Positions 14,445-27,622 of a stretch of DNA of 64,000 nt are shown here, piece by piece. How positions within the stretch are numbered: the stretch's first letter is position 1; each line of letters starts with the position of its first letter. The notes under the pieces are model-generated. The model searched no databases and was not told where the DNA came from. It worked only from the letters and a program-made list of their open reading frames with translations. This DNA is from the human T2T-CHM13v2.0 reference genome, Homo sapiens: assembly GCF_009914755.1 (NCBI RefSeq), contig NC_060947.1; one strand, 5' to 3'. Position numbers and translations under genes: made by a program.

Positions 14445-14957
14445 AATAAGCTGATACTTTAAAGGAAAAGGGGGGTAAGAATTTTCATTTACATTTACAT
14501 TTGACTGGCAAATGGGCTTCTTCCTCCCTACGATCATAAATTTTCCTGAACATGGGGCTAATTCGATTTGTTAAACGGAAAAGGAACACAGCGTAAGTTG
14601 AATGTGTTACCATGACTGTCAGCGTACAATTTTCCTTTTCGCTTGTTGTGTGTGTCCTTTAATTGTGCTGTTATCCAAGGAGTACAATCTGCCTAAGTAA
14701 AAATCCCTGAGGTCCAGCTTTGCCAGCAGAGCCTCTCCAGCGACTGAGAATCAGCTGAGTGCCCCAAATCGAGACCACCACCAGAAACGGAGCTGGACGA
14801 GGCAGAGTCCCCGAGCACTGGGGACTTCTCCACATGGGTTATATATGGCCTTAAAGGGCTCAGCCCTGTGACCCGTGTCAGAACACATCTTCTCCCCTTT
14901 GTACTCTGATGTTGTCTACCTCAACAGAAGGTCACCGCCACATCATCTGGGGCAGTA

Positions 14958-15190
14958 GAGCGCCGTGGCTAAGAGCTATGGACTCTTCATTCCCCACCTG
15001 GGTTCGAGGCCAGCCTCCATAATCAGAGGCTGCAAGCTTTTGGACAAGTAACTTGACCCCTGCAGTCCTACCTGCCATTCCCTGTGCTAAGAGCGACTGC
15101 TTCTTAGCGGCGGCAGGAGGCTGACACATACCCCCACGAGTGAAAGCACTGAGAGCATGACATGCAGTGAGTCCTCAATGCTTGTGAGCC
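14958..15190 (+). mobile_element. MIR
   Basis: gtggctaagagc..cctgggttcgag..ttggacaagtaacttgacc..gtgaaagcactgaga. Confidence 0.6.
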
Positions 15191-16199
15191 AACACGACCA
15201 TAGTGGACACCAACAAGGAAAAGTGGCATGAATACCCTTCAGGTGCATGTTTCCTGAACATGGCACAGAGAATGTGTTCTGGGGTTCCTAGGCACTGTCC
15301 ATCTTAATGAGACTCGAAGCCCCAACACCCTGGGTAGATCTAACTGGCATAGCCCCAGCACCGAGCTGTGAAATCTGGCTGAGGATAGGCCAGGAATGAC
15401 AGGCAGGTGGAGACACAGTTTGTGCCATGTACACAAATGGGTCCCTCTTCTCTGTGAGGCTCCTGCCACCTAGGTGTTATACTGCCCCTCAACACTGAGG
15501 CCTGCTGCCCAGACTTAGAAAGTAATGGATTATCAGAGCGGCCTATAAACCAAGGGCTATAATTCTTCTGCTGGCTTCCTTCTTGGCCTGGAAGCTGACC
15601 TGGGTGCTTCCTGGTTCCTAAAGGTAACAGCTGGCCCTGAAGCCACTGGCACAGGAGACGGAACAAGAGATGTGACTGTGTCAGTGTGGACATATGAAAA
15701 TCTACAGGACTGTAAGGGTGTGGACAGCACAATACCTCCATCACTAAGGAGGACAAACCAAAGCAGCACAGCTTGCCTGCTGAGGTCTTCTGGAAGCTGT
15801 CCTTGACACAAGAATCATGTTAGCACTGCATGGACTAATGCAACCTTGTAAGTGCTCCCAGGCAGGAAGTGCTCTGAGTGCCTTCCCATCCCAAGGGATG
15901 TCCAGCATTTCAGGGATCCACAGTGACAATTCATTTAAGAGCTAGGAAAAAGATGTCCTCACTTTTGTTAGACCTACTTCCAAAAAAAAAAAATTGACTA
16001 ACAATTTAATTAAAGCATTTGGGATTTCTGTCCCATTAATCTATAGGTACTTGCTCTGGATCTTGGTGAATTATGTCAGCGGCCTCATTCCATAAAGGTG
16101 CATGTAGGTGAGTGTAGGTGAGCATATCTCTGTGTGCCTGTGGGTCTACACACAAACACATAGGCATCATAAGACAAGGGGTGAAATGAGGTACCTTAA

Positions 16200-16332
16200 A
16201 TAGTTAAACACTGAGTAACGGTTATCTCCAGGGAGTAGGAGAGTGGGAGTTAGAAGGGCTTCCAATTTTAATGCTATACATTTTTGTACCGTGTGAAACA
16301 AGTGTAATTTGTGTAATTAAAGAAAAAAAAAA
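16200..16332 (+). mobile_element. Old L1 (L1ME-like) 3' end
   Basis: gtaacggttatctccaggg..ttgtgtaattaaagaaaa. Confidence 0.45.
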
Positions 16333-16659
<327 letters not shown>

Positions 16660-16749
16660 TTATCCTGAAGGGATATTCTCCCTACTTAAGATCATCCTTT
16701 CATTCCTCTAGTGACAAATTTCATGATGCGAAAAATGATGTGTTTCATG

Positions 16750-16900
16750 AGACACACTGGAAAGGAAAATCTCCTTTACTGAATCCACCAATTCAAATGC
16801 TAATCTCCTCCAGAAAAACCCTCACACACACACTCCAAAGAATGTTCCGTCTGGACACCTCATGGCCCAGTCAAGGGGGGTGCATGTCTTTTACCATCAC
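16750..16900 (-). mobile_element. MLT2 (ERVL) LTR fragment
   Basis: aaatgctaatctcctccagaaaaaccctcaca..tggcccagtcaag..accatcac is the reverse of the MLT2 5' end. Confidence 0.7.
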
Positions 16901-17955
16901 CCTGGCCTTCCTCTGGCCCATCTCTTCTAGGCTGCAGGCGTTGTGTGCCACAAACCCAGAGGATTCTCCCCAAGTGCAGGTTGCATTCTGACACGCCTCC
17001 TTTTAAAAATCCCAATGGTTCTCCCTATCCAGAAAGCAAACAGATGAGCTGGGGAATAAGAAGCTCAACTCATAGAGCCACAATTCCTCTCTGAAGCTTG
17101 TGAGCCATGAGAAGCTTGGCTTCATGCTGTATAGAAGCAAACTCACTGGCTGACTGGAATCCTCCACAGGTGCTGTTTTCCTTTTGAAATGGCTTCTCCC
17201 ATCTGTATCTCTTCTGTTCTTGTGGACTCCCCCGAGGTCACCCCCTACCCCAGGAGCGGCCACTACTCCAAGAATATCTTGCTTTACTTAATTCTACATC
17301 CCTTTGGCATCTCTTTCCTGAATTTCTCATTTTGCTGTGCAACAATATCCTACCACGGGTTTTCACTTGGATGCTGCAGATATGCCTGTCCCCTCTCCCC
17401 AAATGGATGACATACTCCATTAGGAAAGAGACCTTTCTCCTGTGTCCCCCCGAGCACTCACTCAGCACTACATGCACGAGAGTTCAGAGGAAAGAGAGGC
17501 AAGTTGTTAGCTGACTTCCAGAGGATGAGTGCCTTCCTGCCAGATGCTCCTAATGGAAAGGGTGGGGGTGTATCTGTTAACAGCCAGGAAGACAACGGTG
17601 TAAGAAAATAAACCAAGAACAAAATTAAAAAGAAAAAAAGTAGAAGGATGGAAACAACCATAATTACCTAAGTCAGCCTGAGGAGGAAGGCTTACTTACA
17701 AGAGGAAGACACAGCTTGGACAGAAAGAGGACTAGAGCCCATGTCATGTGCATGGTGTCCATGTCATGGCTGGTGTGTGCTTTTCAACGAAGCCGAGCAG
17801 GGATGGAGAACGACCTTACTAACTCCTCAAGGTGGGATTCAGGGTGAGGACTGGATCCTCCTGGGTTAGGAGATGACACAAGTGCCTGCTAGGAGCCACT
17901 CACTGGGCCAGGTGTAACCACACATGCTCCAAGGTTGTCTTACAGCAATGCCCCA

Positions 17956-18338
17956 GGTGTTAGTCTGTTTGTGCTGCTATAACAAAATATCTGGGACTGG
18001 ACACTTGTAAAGAACAGAAATGTATTTCTCACACCTCTGGAGGCTGGGAAGTCCAAGATCAAGGCATCAGCAGGTCTGTCTCTGCAGAGGACTGCTCCTT
18101 GCTTCAAGATGGTACCTTGTTGCTGTACCCTCCAGAGGGGAGGAATGCTGTATCCTCAGGTGACAGAGGAATGGAAGAGCAGGCCTTACCCTCTAGTCCT
18201 TTCATGACAGCCCTAATCCCATCCATGAGGCTCCACCTTCAGGACTTAATCACCTCCTGAAGGCCCCATATCCTAATCCTATCACACTGGCAATTAAGTT
18301 TCAACACTAGATTTGGGGGACACATTCAGATCATAGTA
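17956..18338 (-). mobile_element. MSTD-like MaLR solo LTR
   Basis: ttagtctgtttgtgctgctataacaaaata..ggaggctgggaagtccaagatcaagg; 5-bp TSD cccca. Confidence 0.85.
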
Positions 18339-18620
18339 CCCCACAGTGGGCATGTCAGTCAGTACTCCTACTGTCCTAAGGGGACTGGGGCTGGACAGCA
18401 GGAGGAGTGCTCCGCTGCAGAGCTGTGACTGGACCCATCCTTTCTACCACACAGGCCACACCTGCTCCCTCCCCTCAGCCACCTAAGGGGAGCTCTGGCA
18501 CCCATCCACGACTCTCCAGGGGGCCAGGGTTCTAGTTTGCTTTTTCTGCTCCAGATGGTCTGAGAGGGGGAAAGTAGAGGGCAGGAAGTTAACACCAGAG
18601 AGCCTGGTGCAGGCGGTAAG

Positions 18621-18745
18621 GGCCAAGAGATGCAGGGGAGAGCCGGCCAAGAGATGCAGGGGAGAGCCGGCCAAGAGATGCAGGGGAGAGCCGGCCAAGA
18701 GATGCAGGGGAGAGCCGGCCAAGAGATGCAGGGGAGAGCCGGCCA
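18621..18745. repeat. Perfect 24-bp minisatellite (GGCCAAGAGATGCAGGGGAGAGCC) x5.2
   Basis: Five identical units at 18621, 18645, 18669, 18693 and 18717, then GGCCA. Confidence 0.97.
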
Positions 18746-19469
18746 GGCTGAGGAGCACATCTGCAAGGCAGGCTGTCCTTTCTACTGGCCCAGATACCAT
18801 GCCCTGGGCTCTTCCTCTAGGAATCTCATGCTTAGTGAAAACACATGGGAAAGCAGAGAGCTGGGACAACAGAAAAAACTCCTGGGGGATTCTACACAAT
18901 AAAAGGCACCAACTTTCTTCTTATTGGTCTTTGAATCCAAATTACCCTCGCTGAGTTATAATGAAATGTAGAATTTCATCTGTCCCAAGGAATTCATTAC
19001 TGAAAGGATTTGTTCAAGATACAATGGAGGTAACCAGCATAGGCTATGTTTTAAACAAGATTTTCTGATATCCTAAGTGAAGATTTTTTTTAAGTAATGT
19101 GACATACATTTCCAGTTGTAATACGGTACCTATTTTTAAAATCCCTAGAAAACTCACAAGAGATGAACCACATGCATTTTTTCCTCTAAAATTTGTGCCA
19201 CAATTTAAAAGTTTATTTTCCTAAAATAATTTAAGCCTTGGCTGACCGACAGTTTACATGGAACCATGAAGCCATATAAGAAATGCCTACAGAACTAACT
19301 GCTCAAAAGGATTTCCCACTGAGGACATCGTAGGCCCACCCACCTTTTCATAGAGAGGGCCTTCCAGAAATGTGATGATAGCAAATAGGCAGCTGATGTG
19401 CGAGTGCATCAGGGCCACTCTGCCTCGTCTTTCAAGTCCATTAGGTCCACCTTGTCTTCTTAGTGGCTA

Positions 19470-20116
19470 GACTGGCCCAGGCAAAGAGCCCTCCTATACC
19501 ATGACCAGGCAGACTCACCTCTGCTTCATAATCAGGGCAAAGATACACTTCTATACCATGATCAAGCCAAAGATACACCTCTGCACCATAATCAGGGGGC
19601 TGATTCCTTGGTGACTGGCCCAGGCAGACATGCCCCCACATCATACTCAGGCTGATGCCCTGGTGATTGGCCAAGGCAGACACACCCTGCAGCATAATCA
19701 GGCTGATTCCCTGGTTATTGGTCTAGGTAGACACACTCCCGCAGCATAATCAGGCTGATTCCCTGGTGACTGGCCAAGGCAGACACCCATCCGTCCCCCA
19801 CCTCACCCCATCCCGTCCCCCTCCCCGGCCCCCTACCACCCACCCACCAACAGCATAATCAGGCTGATCCCCTGGTGACTGACCAAGGCAGACACACCCC
19901 TGCAGCATAATTGGACTGATTCCTCGGTGATTGGCCAAGACAGACACACCCCCAAGAATAATCAAGCTGATTCCCTGGTTATTGGCCCAGGTAGTCATGT
20001 CCCTGCAGCATAATCAAGCTGATTCCCTGGTGACTGGCCCAAGCAGACACCCTCCTGCAGCCTAATCACAGCACACAGCCCCTGCAGCATGATCAGGGGC
20101 TGCTTCCCCTGGTAAT
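19470..20116. repeat. Composite degenerate minisatellite (~30-bp and ~52-bp units) with a C-rich spacer
   Basis: CATAATCAGG-like anchors at 19500, 19527, 19557, 19587, 19642, 19693, 19745, 19854, 19906, 19957, 20009, 20061, 20088. Confidence 0.9.
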
Positions 20117-21535
20117 CTACCATTCACTCCGGCAATTTAACTTGCTAAATACCTCCTTGGGTTCGGCTGTCGCTCTGAAAGCATGTGAAAAAGAATGACG
20201 TTGAATTAAAAAGCCCTCCCTACAGACAGCTTTCTTTTCTAAAGAGCTCAAGGTCATTTCCACAACCTAACATACCCTACCAGAAAATACTTCCAGAAGG
20301 AAAAGAAACAAAGTCAAGGGTTATATTATCATCTACACCTTAAGAACAGGAACAAAGTAGTAAGTGAGCAAAATGAACACCTAGAAGAAAGACTACAGCA
20401 GCAAGTTTCTCTGAATCTAGTCACCAGAGCAATGACGCTATAAGGTCACCTTCCGAGGGGAATTCAGGTTTGGCGCAGATAAAAGAGGAGATGGGAGGAG
20501 TGCAAAATGAATGGAAACTAGGTCTCCAAGAATGTTCTTTCAGGACAGAAGAGCTATTTTATCTTCATTTTTGTGACTGGTATAATATTGAGCAGAAACC
20601 CTAAGGAAGAACACATTTCTGGATTGGAATTAGGCACGGCCTGTCTTTCTGCTCTATACATTCAGTCCAACATTGTCCTCCTCTGGCTTGCTTTCCCTTC
20701 AGGTTAAGTATGATTTCTAATAATTTTGTCTTATCCTACACCTAACTCGTTTCAGAATACCAAAGCGGCACATCATCTGACCACTGTCCCTGCACATCAT
20801 CTGAGCCAGCATCCCAGCATGATTTTAAGTTTCTTCTCTCCAGCATTACCTTGTGCATTTCTGTATACTCTTCAAGTCTTCTGCATGCTCTGCTCTGTCA
20901 AAGCACAGCTAATTGTGTATATGGCATGTAGATATGATCATTTTCAAAGAGAGACTTTCAGTATTGAAGTCCCTACTCGCAACTGAGCGGCTAGTAAAAG
21001 TTAAAATAAGTATATGCGTGTGCACACACACGCGCACACACAAATCATATGCCAAAAAACATGATTTGTCAAGTCAAAAAAAAAAAAGTTAAAGAGGTCA
21101 AAAAGTAGTAAAGAAAGAAAAGAGAGCCATCTAGATAAGTTCTATAGGACTGAACTATCTTTGAAGAACTAGCTCCTGGCTGGTTGTTCACCTTCTATGA
21201 GTTTCTATGATTGGCACCTTACTTAATCTGATACCTGCTCGCTTAGAAAGCCAAATGAAGACACTACGTTGATGGGATCACCAAGTAGATTCCATAAAAC
21301 AGATTCACTAGCACTCCAGCCAAACTACCAGACTATCTAGATAAAACATTTTTTTCTTTTTAAGAATTGCAGTAGAACATATTTCAAGTATATCTTAGAA
21401 TATAGAACAAAAAGTGTAGAAAGAAAACCATGTGAAAGGCTTGGGTAGATATGGAAGAAATAAGACACGTGCATGCCTCATACATCATGAGTGCTTTGTA
21501 AAGTCACAAAAGACACTCAGTCACAGAGTAACTTT

Positions 21536-24362
21536 ATGGACAAACCTTAGCTACATTAACTAAAAAAACAAAAAACAAAAACACTCATATGACTAAAATC
21601 AGAAATGCAAGGGGCAACACTACAACCAATGCCACAAAAATAAAGGAGAATACTATTTGTTGGCATATCCTTTGACAACAAATTGGATAACCTAAAAGAA
21701 ATAAAAGAATTCCTAGAAACACACAACCTACCCAAACTGAATCATGAAGACAGAGAATCCCTGATGATTTTGAGAAGGGGGAAAAAATGAAGACATAGAA
21801 AATCTGAACAGATCTGTAAGTAGTAAGGAGACTGAATCAGTAATAAAAGAAAACCTCCCCACAAAGAAAAGCCCAGGACCAGATGGCTTCACTGGAGAAC
21901 CCTACCAAACATGGAAAACACTATATGAAAAACAAAATACAGATCAATATCCCTGATGAACACAGGTTAAAAAGTCTAAATAAGATATTAGCAAACAATT
22001 CCACAGCAAATTGAAAGGATCATATACATGAACAAGTGAAGTTTATTCCTGGAATGCAAAAATGGTTCAACATATGAAACCACATTTACAGAATAAGGAA
22101 CCAAAAAAAAAAAAAAAAACAAAAACCGCAATTGATGCAGAAAGAAAACGCATTTGAAAAGCTCCAACACCCTTTCACGATTAAAAACAGTCAAATTAAG
22201 GATAGAAAAAAAAAACTACCTCAACATATTAAAGGCCATATATGAGAAGTTCACAGCTAATATCATTCTCAATGAAGACTAAAGCTTTTCTTCTAAGTTC
22301 AGGAACACAACAAGGATACACACTCTTGTCACTACTAGACAGTATAATAATGGAAGTCTCAGCCAGGCAATTAGGCAAGAAAACACAACAAAAGGCATCC
22401 AAACTGGAAAGGAAGAAACAAAATTATCTTTGTTCACAGATTACATGATCATATATATAGAAATCACTACAATTCAACATATTAAAAAAAAAAACCCAAT
22501 TGTTAGAACCAATAAGCCAATTCAGCAAAGTTGTAGAATACACATCAAACAAAAATCAGTTGCATTTTAATATACTAACAATGAACAAGTTGAACAGAAA
22601 ATTATAAACAATCCCATTTATAATAGCATCAAAAGAATAAAATACCTAGAAATAAGAGAAGTGAAGGACCTATAAACTGAAACTACAAAACAAAACACTA
22701 CTGAAAGAAAGACACAAATAAATTGAAAGACATCTTATGCCCATGGATGGGAAGACTTAATATTAAGACATTCATAGCATGCAAAGCAATCCTACAGATT
22801 CAATGCAATCCCTATCAAAATCCCAATGGCATTTTGAGCAGAAACAGAGAAATACATCCTAAAATTCATAAAAAATCTCAAGGGATCCCAAATAGCCATA
22901 ACAATCTTGAAAAAGAACAAAATCGGAGGTCTCACATGTCCTGATTTCCAAACATATTACAAAGCTACATTCATCAAAACAGTGCAGTACTGGCCTACAT
23001 ACTAATAGAATAGAATAGATAGCCCAGAAATACACTCTCACGTATTTGTCAAACGATCTTCAACGAGCCAGCCAAGACTACTCAATGGGGAAAAGATAAG
23101 TCTCTTCAACAAACAGTGTTGGGAAAACTGGACATCCACGTACAAAAGAATGAAGCTAGATTCTAATTAACACCATACACAAGAATTAACTCAATATGGA
23201 TTAAAGTCCTGAATGTAAGACCTAAAACTAAAACTCCAGGAAGAAAACATAAATTAAAGTTTCATGAAATTGGAATTGGCAATCATTTCTTGGCTATGAC
23301 ACCAAAAGCACAGGTAACAAGAGCAAAATTAGACAAATGAGATGACATATGTCAAATTCATCTAATCAAAAACTTATGCACACCAACAACTAAGCGAAAA
23401 GGGAGCCAGAATGGGAGAAAATGGTCATAAGTCATATGTCTGATAACAGTTTAACATTCAAAATACATAAGGAACTCCTACAACATAAAAACAAAAACAC
23501 AAAAATCAAAAATAAGCAAAGGATGTGCACAGACATTTCTTCAAAGATAATACAGAAATGGCCAACAAGCAAATGAAAAGATTCTTGCCATCCCCAATCA
23601 TCAGATATGCAAATCAAAACCATAAAGAGATATCAACTCACACCCATTAGGATGACTACTATCAAAAAAATCCAGGAAATGGCAAGAGTTGATGAGAATG
23701 TGGAGTAATTGGAACCCTTATAGATTTTTGGTGGGAATATACAATGGTGTAACAACTATGGAAAACAATATGGTGGTCACTCAAAAATTAATAATAAAAT
23801 TACCATGGGATCCAGCAATTCCACTTCTGGGTATATCCCAAGAGACTAGAAAGCAGGATCTCAAAGAGATATTTGTACACTCATGTTTATATAAGCATTA
23901 TTCACAAGAACAGCCAAGGTGTGGATGCCACCCAAATGTCCCTCAACAAATGAACTATGAATAAACAAAATGTGGTCTAACATACCATAGAATATTGTTC
24001 AGCCTTAAAAAGGAGGAAAATCCTATCACATGCTCTAACATGGATGAACCTTGAGGGCATTATGCTAAGTGAAATAAACCAATCAAAAAAAGATAAATAC
24101 TACATAATTCTCCTTATTTGAGGTATGGAGAGTAGTAAAAATCTTAGAAACAGAAAGTAGAATGGTGGCTGCCAGGGGTTGAGGGCAGGGCGAAATGGGG
24201 ACTTGTTCAATGAGCACGAAGTTTCAGATTTGCAAGATGAAAAAGTTCTGGAGGTCAATTGTATAGCAACATGAATAGACTTATCACTACTGAACTGCCC
24301 ACTTTAAAATAGGTAAAATGGTAAATTTTAGTGTGTGTGTCTGTGTCCTACCACAATTAAAT
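21536..24362 (+). mobile_element. 5'-truncated, decayed L1MB (ORF2 RT/C-terminal region plus 3'UTR)
   Basis: aaagcccaggaccagatggcttcactgg, ggatccagcaattccacttctgggtatatc; 3'UTR gcaagatgaaaaagttctggag..ccacaattaaa; ORF-track peptides are ORF2-like. Confidence 0.92.
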
Positions 24363-25404
24363 TTGTATATAGTAACTGTATGGATGTGTTTCACCAAGAC
24401 TTATCAAGGTAACTTCATGTGCAAATGGTGCAGAAAGACACTAGATGCAGAGAACTGAGTATCACGATGCTCGTACCCATGCCTGAGATTCACAAACACT
24501 ACCATTTTCAGTGGATGCAGACAGAGTGATTACAAAGGGTGTGTGTTTGCATGTGTGTGTGTGCTGCCCAGGAATGGTCAATCCACATGTTTGGACATAT
24601 GTATAAATATAAATAATAACATACATTTCAAAAGTAGGTATGCTTCATATTAATATCATTTTAAATCCAAGATTACTCACATAACTGCTGTTTTTTTTCT
24701 CCCCTAGCACCAGGAATTCTAAAGACAGAGTATTCATCCTGTATATCCCAGAAAAATCTTCAAATAGTCTATTTTCAAGGTCTGTAATCTAGAATATTCT
24801 TGAACAAGGAGCGTCAGGCAAGCCCGTTCTGATTGAATGTCAGTTAACAAGCACGGAGGGAACAAAGTTGTTTTTCCTTTCCGAAGAAAACTGGATACAA
24901 GTAAAGAAAGGGCTGAACGGCATATAAACACACAGGCTAAAAATGAATTCGACTTTTTACTTTTTTTTTTTTTTAATTAAGCGTCTTTGGGGAGATTTAG
25001 CTGCTTATCAATTTGTTAAAGTTTGAATAGTTGCTGAAATATTAATCCTATATCTGATTTTGAAAAGAAAAAGGCAAAACCATCTATTAAGGTAAACTTT
25101 GAAGACATTCTGTCATTAACATAATCTTTATATATAGTAATATAAACAATACTCAAATGTTTTTGGAACCCAGAAATCACTGAAACTAACGCATATTATT
25201 TTAAGAAGCTTTTAAAGAGAAAATTGAATCACAGCATCCCACAGCATCAGCCAAACTCTTTCAGGAGCACCAGGAGGGACTTAGTTTAGATACTGAAGAA
25301 AAGAGGACAAACTAAGCATGCCCTATGCTAGACTTTAAAGGTGATTTACAAAACCATTGCTAATAGTCACAAACATAACCCTGCAAACAGCGAGGCAACC
25401 GCAC

Positions 25405-25623
25405 CTGGCATGAGCGCAGCCGTGGGGAACACTTCCTTTAACTTCGTTTGGCTTTCTTCCACCAGCTCCTCTTTGGACATCGGGAGCTGCAAGACGTCTA
25501 TTATAATCTGTGCCGCCTCTAATGCCTTCTTACCCATAACCAGGGACTTTACATCCCAGCTGTATTTCTTGTCATAGCGATTACATATTTCTTGAAACAC
25601 CACTGAATACAGCCGTTCAGTAT
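25405..25623 (-). CDS. PUDP: PUDP/HDHD1 coding exon 2 (HAD-family pseudouridine-5'-phosphatase, cap-domain region)
   Basis: Acceptor T10-CCTGCAG|AT, donor CCAG|GTGCGG; 219 nt, phase 1-1; translates (D)[72 protein letters not shown](G), matching human HDHD1/PUDP as recalled. Confidence 0.96.
25534..25623 (-). CDS. PUDP: Short form of exon 2 using an internal donor (in-frame loss of 129 nt / 43 aa)
   Basis: ATGG|GTAAGA consensus donor (GT at 25533-25532), same phase as the distal donor; a 43-aa shorter product fits my recollection of a 185-aa isoform of the 228-aa protein. Confidence 0.65.
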
Positions 25624-27316
25624 CTGCAGGAAAAAAAAAAGAGATTTTTAGAGTGCATACTGTATGAACAGTAAGTTTGTATCAGGTCCGCATAAACATA
25701 CACTGTGTAGGTCTCATTCCATGAACAAAGGCTTTTGTGGAGACCTAAGTGAACAGGAGAAAGGCTTGCAGGTCATTCTCACTAAATTATACTATGGGCA
25801 GCCTCCTCTCAAGGCTGCTGGAGTTATGTCTGGAGTTGTGATCTGGAAATTCAGAACTCAGGAGAGAAATGAAATCTGTATTATTGTGTTTTCTGTTTAA
25901 ATGTACGTATTTGAATCTAAATATATCCTTGGAATGGTCAATTCCATTCGATAGCACAAGGCATCATTACTCGGTGTTCCCAACAACATGGAAGCCAGCA
26001 CCAGCTGACAAAGTCCACTGCATGGCCCACTAGTATTAAGGACATTTCCACTGCCCAGTGGGATGAATCCCCACCATGCCTGGCCAGGATGCTGCTGTGA
26101 AGCTCCCAGGTAAGAACAGAACATTTAATGCACAGGCTGTCACGGGATGGTGAAAGCTGACCTGAGAATTAACTCCCGGCTCGGCACTTACTCAGGGCAC
26201 AGCCTCAGAAACATAGTGAGCCTGCAGGTGCCTGCTTTCCTCACGCTTACACAAGATGAACAGGAATACTGCTAATAATAGTACCAGTACCACTAATATA
26301 CGCTAGATTACACTACATACAATATAATAACTAGTACTGGCTCACACCCATTTCTATTCATGTGTTTTTTCTGTATGTATATTTAATATATACATAGTAT
26401 CAATTGCACTCATATTACCAATAAGAATACTACTGAGGATGCTACTACAGTGAAATAATCCTACTTTACAGAATGAATATTTCAGGGCACATAAGTAACA
26501 TTCTAGTGCCAGCCTCCTAGAGCATGCTTGTTACACACTAGCTGTCTTCCCCACTCTGTCTCCAGTGTGGGCCTAGAAAGATTACTTTACTGAAGAACCA
26601 ACTAACTGACCTGCTAGGAGGCATTATGCCAAAAAAAAAGAAATACTTCAACACAGAGGAATGTCTACCAAGTGGAATTTCAAACCCAGGTAAGCTCCAT
26701 GGAGCTGAGTGTTGCCTGATGACAATCCCCCCAAGGCCCCAGTGAAGGCAGAAGGCTATCCCAAGGCCTGGGCAGAGTCCTTGTCTTCCAGTCTGCGGTG
26801 GCACAGAGGCAGTCCCTGAACCCGAGAGGCTGGAAATAGCCCTGTTCACAACTGATTTAAGAAGAAGACACACGGATGCATCTGACAAAAATCTGGATTC
26901 AAATTCAGTTAGGAGACTGACCACCTGTTCTAGATTTAGCACTGAAACCTTCCCACAGGGTGTGGAGCAGCATTAGCAGGACGTAGTCTACCTTGAATCT
27001 GTACAGCTGGACCCAACAAGAAGTCCTGAAAAGAGCAGGCGATCTCAATGGCCTTTAACTGTCCCACAATGACATAAACAAATACAATAATCATCCCTAA
27101 ATACTAGTTTTTTTCCCTGTAAGATAGTATCTGGGAGACCCAGGACACACTGAGGGAAGTAACGTGTACGCACAGAGAAGGCTATGTGTATCCAAGAGGC
27201 ATGTAAGTCTTCATACTCCTATGTATGTTCACATGCTTACATGCACATAGGTATGCATGCTTGTCTGTAATTGCCTCGATGTGTTTTGAAAGTTGGCAAG
27301 GTATGAACTGCGACTA

Positions 27317-27622
<306 letters not shown>

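Noticed and set aside
18368-18954. Overlapping ORFs with 8-aa repeats (WPALPCIS, AKRCRGEP, MQGRAGQE)
   Set aside because: Artefact of the stop-free 24-bp VNTR; no splice or promoter context.
18621-20116. CRISPR-like repeat arrays
   Set aside because: Eukaryotic intron; units are contiguous or degenerate, with no unique spacers and no cas genes.
25367-25404. ORF-track extension of exon 2 ([11 protein letters not shown])
   Set aside because: Read-through past the GT donor into intron 2.
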